DNA of 40,000 nt from Erwinia phage vB_EamM_Desertfox, in the sequence record MG655268.1, one strand, 5' to 3'. The notes under the pieces were generated by a model. That model did no database searches. It was not told where the DNA came from and saw only the letters and a program-made list of their open reading frames with translations. The position numbers and the translations under genes are program-made. Positions 18,603 through 27,182 of this stretch are shown here, in pieces (the stretch's first letter is position 1; each line of letters opens with the position of its first letter).

Positions 18603-19187
18603 ATGCAGCAGCAGGAACTTACAGTACACCCGTTTTCACCCGCTTTTATTCCCCAGCCTATACACACACCGTTTATAGTGGATACGCCAGACTTAATATC
18701 ATGGCTGAAGGCGCCAGTCAAGGGAGATCCTAATGACCCTGACCGGATTGATACCACCAGTATCTATGTTCCACCGGAGGTTGAAATGAAACCCGTCGCT
18801 ATCATCGATTTGTTCGGTTTATCCTGGACAAACCACGGCGGGCTACTGACCATGTTCTCGCAGGTAAACCTGTTTGATCTGTTTGTCGAAGTGATCCACA
18901 AATCCCTGGGTCAGCCGTCTTACAACCTGTATCTGTTGAACGAATGGATTGAGGCGATGATGGGCGTGGGGGATTACTTCGATCCTGAGACCAACCTCCC
19001 ACAACCGTCAATGGAAGAAGTCATGGTGATGCAGGATGCATTGATGCGGATGTTCTGTGACTTCGTGGTTAACAACCAGAGCTTTATCATGAAAGTGCTT
19101 CAGCCGCTGTTAGTGAATCAGGCTGTGGATACGATCAGTCTGCAGCAATTAAAAGCAGGTGGCAGTATTGTCGTTAATTTAGGGTGA
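18603..19187 (+). CDS. Hypothetical protein (194 aa)
   Basis: ORF in operon. Confidence 0.8.
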   Translation: MQQQELTVHPFSPAFIPQPIHTPFIVDTPDLISWLKAPVKGDPNDPDRIDTTSIYVPPEVEMKPVAIIDLFGLSWTNHGGLLTMFSQVNLFDLFVEVIHKSLGQPSYNLYLLNEWIEAMMGVGDYFDPETNLPQPSMEEVMVMQDALMRMFCDFVVNNQSFIMKVLQPLLVNQAVDTISLQQLKAGGSIVVNLG

Positions 19188-19195
19188 GGTAAGAA

Positions 19196-19579
19196 ATGAA
19201 TACGCTTGTCGTATTAGACCTGAAACCCAGTTGGGTATATCTTCGGGCGTGTTATGACCGCAGTACGGCTAATACCCTGATGATTCCCTTCGACCGTTTT
19301 CTGGAGATTGTCTTAGAAGCGTACACGGCCGAGTTAAATAAGCCGGGGAGTTCGGATGTGATCTTGGAAGCCCTGGTTGACTTTGGCGAGCTCCAACCGA
19401 TGATCGATCAATCGGATATGGTGAAGCGCGAGATCTGTATGGCATCCAATGTCATCGACGAGCAGCTGACCTATGCGATGGCTGGCTATTTTGGCGTGGA
19501 GTATTTAGGCGGGGTATCACAGATGCGGATTACCCCACATCGAACCTTAGAAGTGTATTACGGTAAGGAGGTCACATGA
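19196..19579 (+). CDS. Hypothetical protein (127 aa)
   Basis: ORF; start MNTLVVLDLKPSWVY resembles MNANVLLIDLKPIVY of the gene at 17888. Confidence 0.8.
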   Translation: MNTLVVLDLKPSWVYLRACYDRSTANTLMIPFDRFLEIVLEAYTAELNKPGSSDVILEALVDFGELQPMIDQSDMVKREICMASNVIDEQLTYAMAGYFGVEYLGGVSQMRITPHRTLEVYYGKEVT

Positions 19580-20004
19580 GCATTACCCGCGTGTCGTTGA
19601 TCTTCAATATCATGCCGGATGCCGAAAAGCGAATGTATGAAGGTGTGCGAAAAACACTGACGGATGTGGGTGAGGTTGACCGCAACACCCTTGTCTATCT
19701 GGCACTGAATGAATTAACCCTGGGGCGTACCATCGCACACACCCCAACAATGTCTATGGCGGCGAAGATCCCGGTGATCTTTCCTCAGTACTCATACACC
19801 GCGCATGAAGCCATCAAGCAAGCCGTTATGGTTGTTGCCTCTGAACTGTACAAGGAGTTCTTTACCATTCTGGAAGGCGCCCACATGAGTTACCCCGCCG
19901 TGCTGTCACAAGCCGGTATCAGTGGGTGTTCGGTGAGCACCATCTTTGACAGTCATGAGGAGCCACGGCCATGCAACTGGCAGTACTCGAGTTCACCCCA
20001 ATAA
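19576..20004 (+). CDS. Hypothetical protein (142 aa)
   Basis: ATGA overlap. Confidence 0.8.
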   Translation: MSITRVSLIFNIMPDAEKRMYEGVRKTLTDVGEVDRNTLVYLALNELTLGRTIAHTPTMSMAAKIPVIFPQYSYTAHEAIKQAVMVVASELYKEFFTILEGAHMSYPAVLSQAGISGCSVSTIFDSHEEPRPCNWQYSSSPQ

Positions 20005-20552
20005 TGCAGGACATCCAGACCACCTTGACTACGATGAGCAACATGGTTGTTAATCATGTGCAAATCACTCAAGCGGTCTGTGCTGGGTTTCCCGTGAAAG
20101 CCAGTTCAGCCAGTGAGCTGGATGTGTTGATCAGCAATACCCCAGGTTATCTCAGTCAACAGGATATCGAGAAGGTGCACCTGTGTGGTGAGCTGATCTT
20201 TGATTTCCTGGTTCAGCAACTGCAGCCCTATGCAGTACCTCGGTTGTTGCGTTACGGTTGTCCTGGCTTTTTCCAAACTCAAGGTTATGTCCTGATGTCG
20301 CAATATCACGACGACACCTTCTTCAAAGAGTTTGTGAACATCCAGGCGAACATCACAACCCAGCAACTCCCAATCAGGAAACTGATGACATTGGAACAGG
20401 TGGCTGAAAACAGTGAGATGCGGATAGCCGAGCTCACTGCAATGCAGCTTAGCGGGGATAACAGCGTTGAAGTACATCGGCAAATTGCCAGACATCAAAA
20501 CTATCTCGATCGGTGCTCCGGTGAGATGGCGAAGATAAGAATAAAACAATAA
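19971..20552 (+). CDS. Hypothetical protein (193 aa)
   Basis: ORF overlapping previous end. Confidence 0.75.
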   Translation: MQLAVLEFTPIMQDIQTTLTTMSNMVVNHVQITQAVCAGFPVKASSASELDVLISNTPGYLSQQDIEKVHLCGELIFDFLVQQLQPYAVPRLLRYGCPGFFQTQGYVLMSQYHDDTFFKEFVNIQANITTQQLPIRKLMTLEQVAENSEMRIAELTAMQLSGDNSVEVHRQIARHQNYLDRCSGEMAKIRIKQ

Positions 20553-20571
20553 CAGCAAAGAAGGTTTGCAC

Positions 20572-20874
20572 ATGGTTATCATCGACCGCAATCCAGAGTT
20601 TGAACATATCGTGGATGCCATCAAGCACCTGATAGACCCTGACGCGCCTGATGGTGCGTCTGTTAAAAGCATTAACGATGTTATCGATGACCTTCGCCAC
20701 CACTACCACATGCGGTCGAACATTGTTGATATGGACCCGGACATTGCAGCATTGCATGAGCCATTTTATGTGGCACTTAACAATCTCTTAATCCGGTATG
20801 GTTTTCAAGAAGACCAGATCATCAATTTCATCATCAGTGATAAGCATGCAAACTTTGTGCTTATCACAACGTAA
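20572..20874 (+). CDS. Hypothetical protein (100 aa)
   Basis: ORF; ATG at 20572. Confidence 0.75.
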   Translation: MVIIDRNPEFEHIVDAIKHLIDPDAPDGASVKSINDVIDDLRHHYHMRSNIVDMDPDIAALHEPFYVALNNLLIRYGFQEDQIINFIISDKHANFVLITT

Positions 20875-20891
20875 CACTTGGGAGTGTGCAC

Positions 20892-21311
20892 GTGTCAAAA
20901 AGCTATGCAGATCTCGTCAAGGGCGCGATCGTCGACTTTAATGTGGTGGCGCCAGATATCCTGGGCGAAGGGTTTACCTCATGTACGGTCAATGGTCGCT
21001 TTGATGCCGATACCGCTAACCTGCTTGGGTTGGATGTCCAGGCGAAACACCAGAACCTGTACCCGCTGGTGAAACCCCAAGGCATCCCGGATAATCCTGA
21101 TAGCTACGACTTTATCAAGGTAACCAAAACCAGTGGCGCGCAAGCGATCCTGTGGCTACCCTGGATTGTCGAATCAACGATCGCCCCGGTCTCTCGTAAC
21201 AAGATCAATGTGGTGATTGAAGACGTGGGATCAAAAGACATCGCTGTGGTTAAAGCCGCACTGGAGTCTAACGGTTATCTGAATGCAGTGGTTACCCTGA
21301 TTGACAATTAA
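20892..21311 (+). CDS. Hypothetical protein, start GTG 20886 or 20892
   Basis: ORF in operon, then terminator. Confidence 0.75.
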   Translation: MSKSYADLVKGAIVDFNVVAPDILGEGFTSCTVNGRFDADTANLLGLDVQAKHQNLYPLVKPQGIPDNPDSYDFIKVTKTSGAQAILWLPWIVESTIAPVSRNKINVVIEDVGSKDIAVVKAALESNGYLNAVVTLIDN

Positions 21312-21320
21312 TAATAAACG

Positions 21321-21361
21321 CCTGTGGGTTTCCACAGGCTTTATGACCCACTTCTTTTTTT
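21321..21361 (+). terminator. Hairpin CCTGTGG/CCACAGG followed by TTTATG and a long T run
   Basis: Stem 21321-21327/21332-21338. Confidence 0.85.
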
Positions 21362-21436
21362 TTTGTTATCAACTATTTCCTTACATGGATCGTCTAATCA
21401 TTTAGAGAGTTAAGCCAGCGCTAAGGATATCCTGCC

Positions 21437-23548
21437 ATGGATTTATTCATTAACCACCCGAGTGAGTATAAACGCGATTACCGTATTTATCATCACTACG
21501 TTGAAGGAAAGGCACTTGCCATTTCCAAGATCACCGGCCGTCCGCTTGATGAAGCACGTGAGTACGTTACCCGTGTTACCGGCGAGACCGGGAAGTTTGC
21601 GTTACAAGATCCCCGGGTTAAAATCCTGGTGCGGAACAAAGTGGGTGACCGTGAACTGAAGTACACCACCTTTAATAAGTTTCTGAAGGCCGTAGAGGAC
21701 CGTGGTGCGATTTTATCGCCGAGCCTGACTGCTTACCTACATCCGAAAGAGAAGGTCTCACAATACGCTGTATCGACTGATAAGAACATCAAAGCGCGTA
21801 AAGTGATTAAGCATGAGATGTTCATCGCCGAGCAACGCGGCGACATGGTGACCAAGAACGTAAAAGAGATCATGCAGACTGGGCGTAAGCTCACCAACAA
21901 CGGAATGTCCGGCGGGTTCTGTACTGCATCGACGCCGTTCTTCTGCCGATCAGCCCACAGCTCACTGACCTCCTGCTGTCGTAGTGCTACCAGTTCCACC
22001 AATGCCTTCAACGAGAAGTTCTTGGCCGGGAACCGCCACTACTACAGTCCCGAGATTACCATTGAGTCGATTACTACGCTGATCCGTTTCAGTGACCTGG
22101 AGAAAATCCAGGCGGTCATGACCGAGTTTAATCTGCAAGCACCAACCGTCACACAGACCATGGCCTGTATCTATCGCAGTACTCGGCGCTATTGGTCTGA
22201 CAAGTACTTCATGGGGGTGATCTTAAAACTCATTGAAGGGTTGACGGATGTTGAACGTGCAGCCTTCATGTTTGTCTCCGATCTCTATCACCTGCGTGAA
22301 GTCAACCCGGACTTTGTGCGCAAGTTCTTAATCGATCTGGCAGAACGCAGTGAAGAACAGCTGGCTGACGATGTGAAGATGAAGGATGGGGATTGCCGTA
22401 TCCTGGCAACCATGAAGTGTGCGGACGATATCGCGCGTATCGGGACAAAGAACCTGGAGCACAGCGAGGAGTTCAAAGCACGCCTGAAAGCGAACTATGT
22501 ATTGAGTGAACGCAACATCACGCAATATGAATCGTTCATCCGTGCTTTCTTTGTTACCAAGAACACCCCGACCAGTATTGCCATGATGCCGCACCATGTG
22601 CGTGAAGTGGTATTGGCATCCGATACCGACTCCTCAATCTTTACCGAGCAGATCTGGATTGACTGGATTCAGCCAGACTACTCCAAACGCCAGGAACGTA
22701 TCCAGGTAAACGCCGCAGTAACTTTCCTGATCTCGCAGCAGGTCGTGCATTTACTGGCAATCGTTTCCGGTAACATCGGGGTAGCGGACGAACATCTGTT
22801 CCGTCTGGCAATGAAGAACGAATACTACTTCGAAACGTTTGTGTTGACCAATATGGGTAAACACTACTTTGCGACCCAGGCTGCCCGTGAAGGGAACTTC
22901 TTCCCGAAACCCAAGCTTGAGCTCAAGGGTGTGCACCTACGCAACTCTAACGTACCGAAAGAGATCCGAGACCGCGGTAACAAACTGATCAACGACATCC
23001 TGGATAAGTCCAACGTCAATGAGCAGTTCTCGGTGGTAGATCTGTTAAACCAGGTTGGGGATATAGAGCGCTTCATCATCAACTCCATTACCAAAGGCGA
23101 GACGATCTTCTTAACCAAAGCCACGATCAAGGATAAGGGGTCTTACGCTAAACCGTACAGTTCAAACTACTACCACTACTGTATGTGGCAGGAAGTCTTT
23201 GCTGAGAAATACGGTCAAGCACCGCCATTGCAATACATTGGCCTGAAAGCTAAGTTGGGTCTGAGCTCACAAACCGCCGTGAACGATTGGCTGGACAGCT
23301 TAGACGACCAAGCCCTGGCTGAGCGTATGCGTAAGTTCTTAGTGAAGTACGGCAAGAAGTCGATCACCCAGGTGGTCATGCCGGCAGATATCGTGATGAA
23401 CATGGGCGTACCGCCTGAGATCATTGCCGGTATCGATCTGCGTAACCTGATCATGGAGAACCTGTCCATGGTGTATTCGTGTCTTGAATCGCTAGGTCTT
23501 TATTACGTAAACGACAACGCAACCAAACTGGTATCTGACGAACATTAA
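21437..23548 (+). CDS. Family B DNA polymerase, C-terminal/polymerase portion of an apparently split enzyme
   Basis: RKLTNNGMSG resembles motif B (KxxxNSxYG) and VVLASDTDSSIF matches motif C (DTDS); no recognisable exonuclease or motif A. Confidence 0.7.
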   Translation: MDLFINHPSEYKRDYRIYHHYVEGKALAISKITGRPLDEAREYVTRVTGETGKFALQDPRVKILVRNKVGDRELKYTTFNKFLKAVEDRGAILSPSLTAYLHPKEKVSQYAVSTDKNIKARKVIKHEMFIAEQRGDMVTKNVKEIMQTGRKLTNNGMSGGFCTASTPFFCRSAHSSLTSCCRSATSSTNAFNEKFLAGNRHYYSPEITIESITTLIRFSDLEKIQAVMTEFNLQAPTVTQTMACIYRSTRRYWSDKYFMGVILKLIEGLTDVERAAFMFVSDLYHLREVNPDFVRKFLIDLAERSEEQLADDVKMKDGDCRILATMKCADDIARIGTKNLEHSEEFKARLKANYVLSERNITQYESFIRAFFVTKNTPTSIAMMPHHVREVVLASDTDSSIFTEQIWIDWIQPDYSKRQERIQVNAAVTFLISQQVVHLLAIVSGNIGVADEHLFRLAMKNEYYFETFVLTNMGKHYFATQAAREGNFFPKPKLELKGVHLRNSNVPKEIRDRGNKLINDILDKSNVNEQFSVVDLLNQVGDIERFIINSITKGETIFLTKATIKDKGSYAKPYSSNYYHYCMWQEVFAEKYGQAPPLQYIGLKAKLGLSSQTAVNDWLDSLDDQALAERMRKFLVKYGKKSITQVVMPADIVMNMGVPPEIIAGIDLRNLIMENLSMVYSCLESLGLYYVNDNATKLVSDEH

Positions 23549-23567
23549 TCTCCGTCGGCATAAAGGC

Positions 23568-23595
23568 CTCTTAGCGGGATAACCCCCGCTAAGAG
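23568..23595. terminator. 11-bp hairpin between convergent genes
   Basis: CTCTTAGCGGG (23568-23578)/CCCGCTAAGAG (23585-23595). Confidence 0.8.
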
Positions 23596-23606
23596 CGCCC
23601 TTTTAT

Positions 23607-24719
23607 TTATGTGTCTTTGCCGGTGATCATATTCTGGATATGGGTCAGCTCGTAATCGATGGTGTTCTTGACCTTGCTGGTTAAACCACTCAGATAGAAG
23701 GTGTTGTCTGACCGGATGCGTTGAATGGCGTGCAAGATGGTGTTAAAGTTCGCGCCCTCTTTTCGCCGTTTAAACGACACCTCCAGCTCCACCAGGAAAT
23801 CGATTACCCAGGTACGGGCAATGATCCACGCCCAACGGTTCTGTCGCATTTCCATGTCAATCGGTAACCGGATCGCATCATGCCCGTTTCGCCAGACAGT
23901 GGGGATATGCAGTAACACCGCTTCAAAGAACCGCTGACTGCGTTGGAGCTCCACCACAGTTCTAACAATCACCTGATCGGTGATGGCCAGTTCATCGTTG
24001 AGCCAGAAGCTTTGTCTGACATTGCGGGTTTCCCGTAAGTCATTCTCATAGCGACCGATAAAGCGATTGAAGATGGCGATGTCATTGTGGGACTTGAGCA
24101 GGTTGGGGATCGGATACTTGGTGACGAACAGATAGGGCGCGGGTGCTGTTGCGCCATCTTTGGTTTGCTCACGCAACCACATCAAGTACTGCAGTGCTAA
24201 TAAAGGAATGTTGATACTGAGTACCGCTATCCCTGAGCCGCCTAAGTCATGCTTCTTACAGAGCAAGCCGTAGTAGGTGACATTATAAGGATGGCGATGG
24301 ACTTTGATCGGTTCCGCATCTTGCCAGTTATACAGCATCTCCGGTTTAAACGGTTCAGAGTTGGTGATGATGATCTCATCTACCGAGTCGTCGTAGAACT
24401 GAGAGCGCACGATGGCACCAAAGCGTGTGGCGCTGGTTAAGTTGAATTTATTACCATAGCGGTAATCCACGGCCCGTAGGTCATCGTAGTACTTTCGTAC
24501 ATTATCGAGAGATAATTGTGTAAGACTGCCGCCTGGTAGTGGTAACTCCTTTATGAGCTTCACCACCAGATGGTTATTCAATATGGAATTCTCGTTTGAC
24601 CGCCAATGGTTAAGCGCACGTTCCATATTGCGATGGGAAATATCGACAAGTCTTTTGTGCAGCGGCGTCAACATGCTACCGTAATTGGTAGTGACGTCAG
24701 AGGCAAATAGGTTAAGCAT
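23607..24719 (-). CDS. Hypothetical protein (370 aa), possibly virion-associated
   Basis: Long reverse ORF. Confidence 0.85.
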   Translation of the reverse strand: MLNLFASDVTTNYGSMLTPLHKRLVDISHRNMERALNHWRSNENSILNNHLVVKLIKELPLPGGSLTQLSLDNVRKYYDDLRAVDYRYGNKFNLTSATRFGAIVRSQFYDDSVDEIIITNSEPFKPEMLYNWQDAEPIKVHRHPYNVTYYGLLCKKHDLGGSGIAVLSINIPLLALQYLMWLREQTKDGATAPAPYLFVTKYPIPNLLKSHNDIAIFNRFIGRYENDLRETRNVRQSFWLNDELAITDQVIVRTVVELQRSQRFFEAVLLHIPTVWRNGHDAIRLPIDMEMRQNRWAWIIARTWVIDFLVELEVSFKRRKEGANFNTILHAIQRIRSDNTFYLSGLTSKVKNTIDYELTHIQNMITGKDT

Positions 24720-24761
24720 ACGACCTCTATTGACTATATGTAAAAGTGTACATGGCTCGAG

Positions 24762-24771
24762 TATATATTAT
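24762..24771 (+). promoter_or_regulatory. AT-rich promoter-like element TATATATTAT
   Basis: In the divergent intergenic region upstream of the gene at 24942. Confidence 0.4.
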
Positions 24772-24864
24772 GTAAGAGGTCACACTCTTGACTCCCTGTT
24801 CACGCAGGGGGTCGAACTGAGGGTAATGCTGCCTCAAAAGGTAAATTCAAAAAAATTACAAGTC

Positions 24865-24872
24865 TATATTAC
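24865..24872 (+). promoter_or_regulatory. Putative AT-rich promoter TATATTAC
   Basis: TCTATATTACG, identical to 4756-4766 context; about 70 nt upstream of 24942. Confidence 0.5.
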
Positions 24873-24941
24873 GTATGTGTATAGAGTAATCTATGCAACA
24901 TTAGCTAATGTAAACTTGCAAGTAAATTAAAAGGAATCGGT

Positions 24942-27077
24942 ATGAAAACTCCTGAAGGCGAAAACAAGGCACAGGGTCAGCAGCCATCTGACCAGCAGCA
25001 GCCTAACAATTCGGCAATGGGTGATGCGCTACTACAAGCGCAACAGAGGCAGAGTCAGCAGCCACAGCAGCAGCAAACTCCGCCTCAACAAGCGCCGCAG
25101 TCAGCACCTCAACCAGTGCAAGCAACAACCCAGCAACAGCAACACACCCCACAATTTCATCAGACTGCAGGTAACAGCACCGTGAACAACACAACTAACA
25201 ACACCAACACCGAACAACAGCAGCCGCGTCAGTCACGCATTTACGGCATGAACGAACGCCGTTCTCGTATCTTCGACGCGACCGCGTTTGGTGAAAACTT
25301 TAAGATCGCGCTGGAAGCGACCAAAGAAGTGCTGGAAGGCTACGAAGATAAAGGTTTCAACAAATCTTTCTTCCTGGTTCCTGTTGCTGACGCAACCCTG
25401 CACTGCAATGGCCTGGCGTATGCGTCTGTGTTCAACTTCGGCGGTAGCACCAAAGCGATCGTCTACACCCTGATGCTGGAAAACACCGGTTCTCCACTGA
25501 AGCCACAGCGCGGTAACGATCCACTGACGGGCGAACCGTTTGAGATCCCACGCATGACCGGTTCTCAGTACGACAACACCTACTGGGCTCGTGTAGCACA
25601 GCTGGTCGCGCACCGTGTTGGTAACAACGCAGAAGTGCTGGATGCTGGCGCCTGTGTGGTGCACGCTGAGATGAAGTGGGACGACAAGTCTGCGATCAAA
25701 CAGCTGCTGAACAACGCAGAAAACGCCACCATGGCGTATGCGAACAGCCTGTCTGGTTACCGTATCGAACCACCATTCAACATCGCGCAGGAAGTGGACC
25801 CGAACATCGACCGCATCACCGCGGGCTTTAACTTCAATCCACAGCCGCTGTTCACTGTTGATGGTCAGCCGATCCGTAACGACGTCGAAGTGAAACTGTC
25901 TGCTTACGCAGAAGGCGCAGGCCAGGTTCAGACCACCGAAGCCATCACCACCGTGAACGGCTATGTTGAGCTGATCGCTGCACCACAGCAGCAGATGGGT
26001 TATCAGCAGCAGATGATGATGGGTATGAACCCGCAGCAGGCGATGCAGTTCTACCGTCGCTTCTACCCGCAGTTCACCATCACTTCAACTGGTACCGGTA
26101 TCTCTAACGCACAGGGTCCTGAGTTCCAGCTGCTGGCGCTGTTCGCTGCTTCACTGATTGGTGAAAACAGCAACTGGCACCATGCGTTTGCGCCGAAGAT
26201 GGTAAACGGTGTCGATATCAACGATATCGGTGCGATCAACTACGAACTGAAAATGGGTCTGGAAAGCCCAGATGACCGTCCGAAGAAGATCATCACCAAA
26301 GACCACAGCTTCACCACGCAGGCTCTGCATCAGCTGCTGTACACCGCATGCCACGAATCCATGTCAATCGCGATCGACATCGAAGAGACCGGCACGCGTA
26401 CCTGGGTTAACTCCATGCTGCTTCTGGCTGGCGGTCAACCAAACGGTAATGCTGCAGCACTGAGCCCACAGGGTCAGCAGGCGCACAAAGCGATCATCCA
26501 GGCGGCGAACAACCTGACCAACGGTGAGTTCAGCAAACACTTCACCGATCAGAACCAGCTGATTGCTGTACGTGACGGTACCCGTATTCAGGGTGGTTTC
26601 TACGTCTCTAAAGACAACCATCAGAAAATGGATATCCGTAACGTCGACCTGCTGGCGGTTCTGAACTTCGTCGGTGAAACTGATCCGCGCATCGTGGAAG
26701 AGTGGAAAATCATCACCAGCTCTACTTCTGGTATGTCTACTCCGAAACGTGTCGCGCTGCGTCAGCAGAAACTGCAGCAGCTGCTGGGTGAGTCTTTCGT
26801 CCTGAAAGCTTACTACGAGCGTGTAGTGATCAACTGGGCATTCATGGATGCTCTGCGTAAAGCAATCACTGCAGCAGGCCTGATCGTGCGTCCGGAAAAC
26901 ACCAACATGCAGTACAACGTACAGAGCTACGGCACACCAATGGCGCAGCTGTACGGCATGCCTACCAACATCGGCAGCTCACTGCAGCAGGGCGCTTACG
27001 CAACCGACAACCAAGGTCGCGTAGTGAACATGGCAGCGTTCCGTACTGGTGGTGCATTCGGTACGTTCAACGGCTAA
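24942..27077 (+). CDS. chmA: Likely phage nucleus shell protein (chimallin-like) with a Gln-rich N-terminal extension
   Basis: 711 aa, optimal-codon-rich (highly expressed style), segments such as MDIRNVDLLAVLNFVGETDPRIVEEWK and NLTNGEFSKHFTD, and the same neighbourhood as the tubulin and RNAP genes. Inference from context and remembered family style. Confidence 0.6.
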   Translation: MKTPEGENKAQGQQPSDQQQPNNSAMGDALLQAQQRQSQQPQQQQTPPQQAPQSAPQPVQATTQQQQHTPQFHQTAGNSTVNNTTNNTNTEQQQPRQSRIYGMNERRSRIFDATAFGENFKIALEATKEVLEGYEDKGFNKSFFLVPVADATLHCNGLAYASVFNFGGSTKAIVYTLMLENTGSPLKPQRGNDPLTGEPFEIPRMTGSQYDNTYWARVAQLVAHRVGNNAEVLDAGACVVHAEMKWDDKSAIKQLLNNAENATMAYANSLSGYRIEPPFNIAQEVDPNIDRITAGFNFNPQPLFTVDGQPIRNDVEVKLSAYAEGAGQVQTTEAITTVNGYVELIAAPQQQMGYQQQMMMGMNPQQAMQFYRRFYPQFTITSTGTGISNAQGPEFQLLALFAASLIGENSNWHHAFAPKMVNGVDINDIGAINYELKMGLESPDDRPKKIITKDHSFTTQALHQLLYTACHESMSIAIDIEETGTRTWVNSMLLLAGGQPNGNAAALSPQGQQAHKAIIQAANNLTNGEFSKHFTDQNQLIAVRDGTRIQGGFYVSKDNHQKMDIRNVDLLAVLNFVGETDPRIVEEWKIITSSTSGMSTPKRVALRQQKLQQLLGESFVLKAYYERVVINWAFMDALRKAITAAGLIVRPENTNMQYNVQSYGTPMAQLYGMPTNIGSSLQQGAYATDNQGRVVNMAAFRTGGAFGTFNG

Positions 27078-27110
27078 TCCGGCGTTGTAAGCAAGCAGTA
27101 ACATGAACGG

Positions 27111-27130
27111 GTAGGCGGGAAACCGCCTAC
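27111..27130 (+). terminator. Hairpin GTAGGCGG/CCGCCTAC followed by TTTATG
   Basis: Stem 27111-27118/27123-27130, then CTTGTTTATGCCCACTTTATTTTTT. Confidence 0.75.
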
Positions 27131-27182
27131 CTTGTTTATGCCCACTTTATTTTTTAGTAGTACGTAAAAAGGAAAACCGGTA

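Noticed and set aside
24942-27077. Major capsid protein as the identity of the 711-aa protein
   Set aside because: Not excluded, but isolated promoter-rich placement next to DNA polymerase/RNAP and near tubulin favours the nucleus shell protein.
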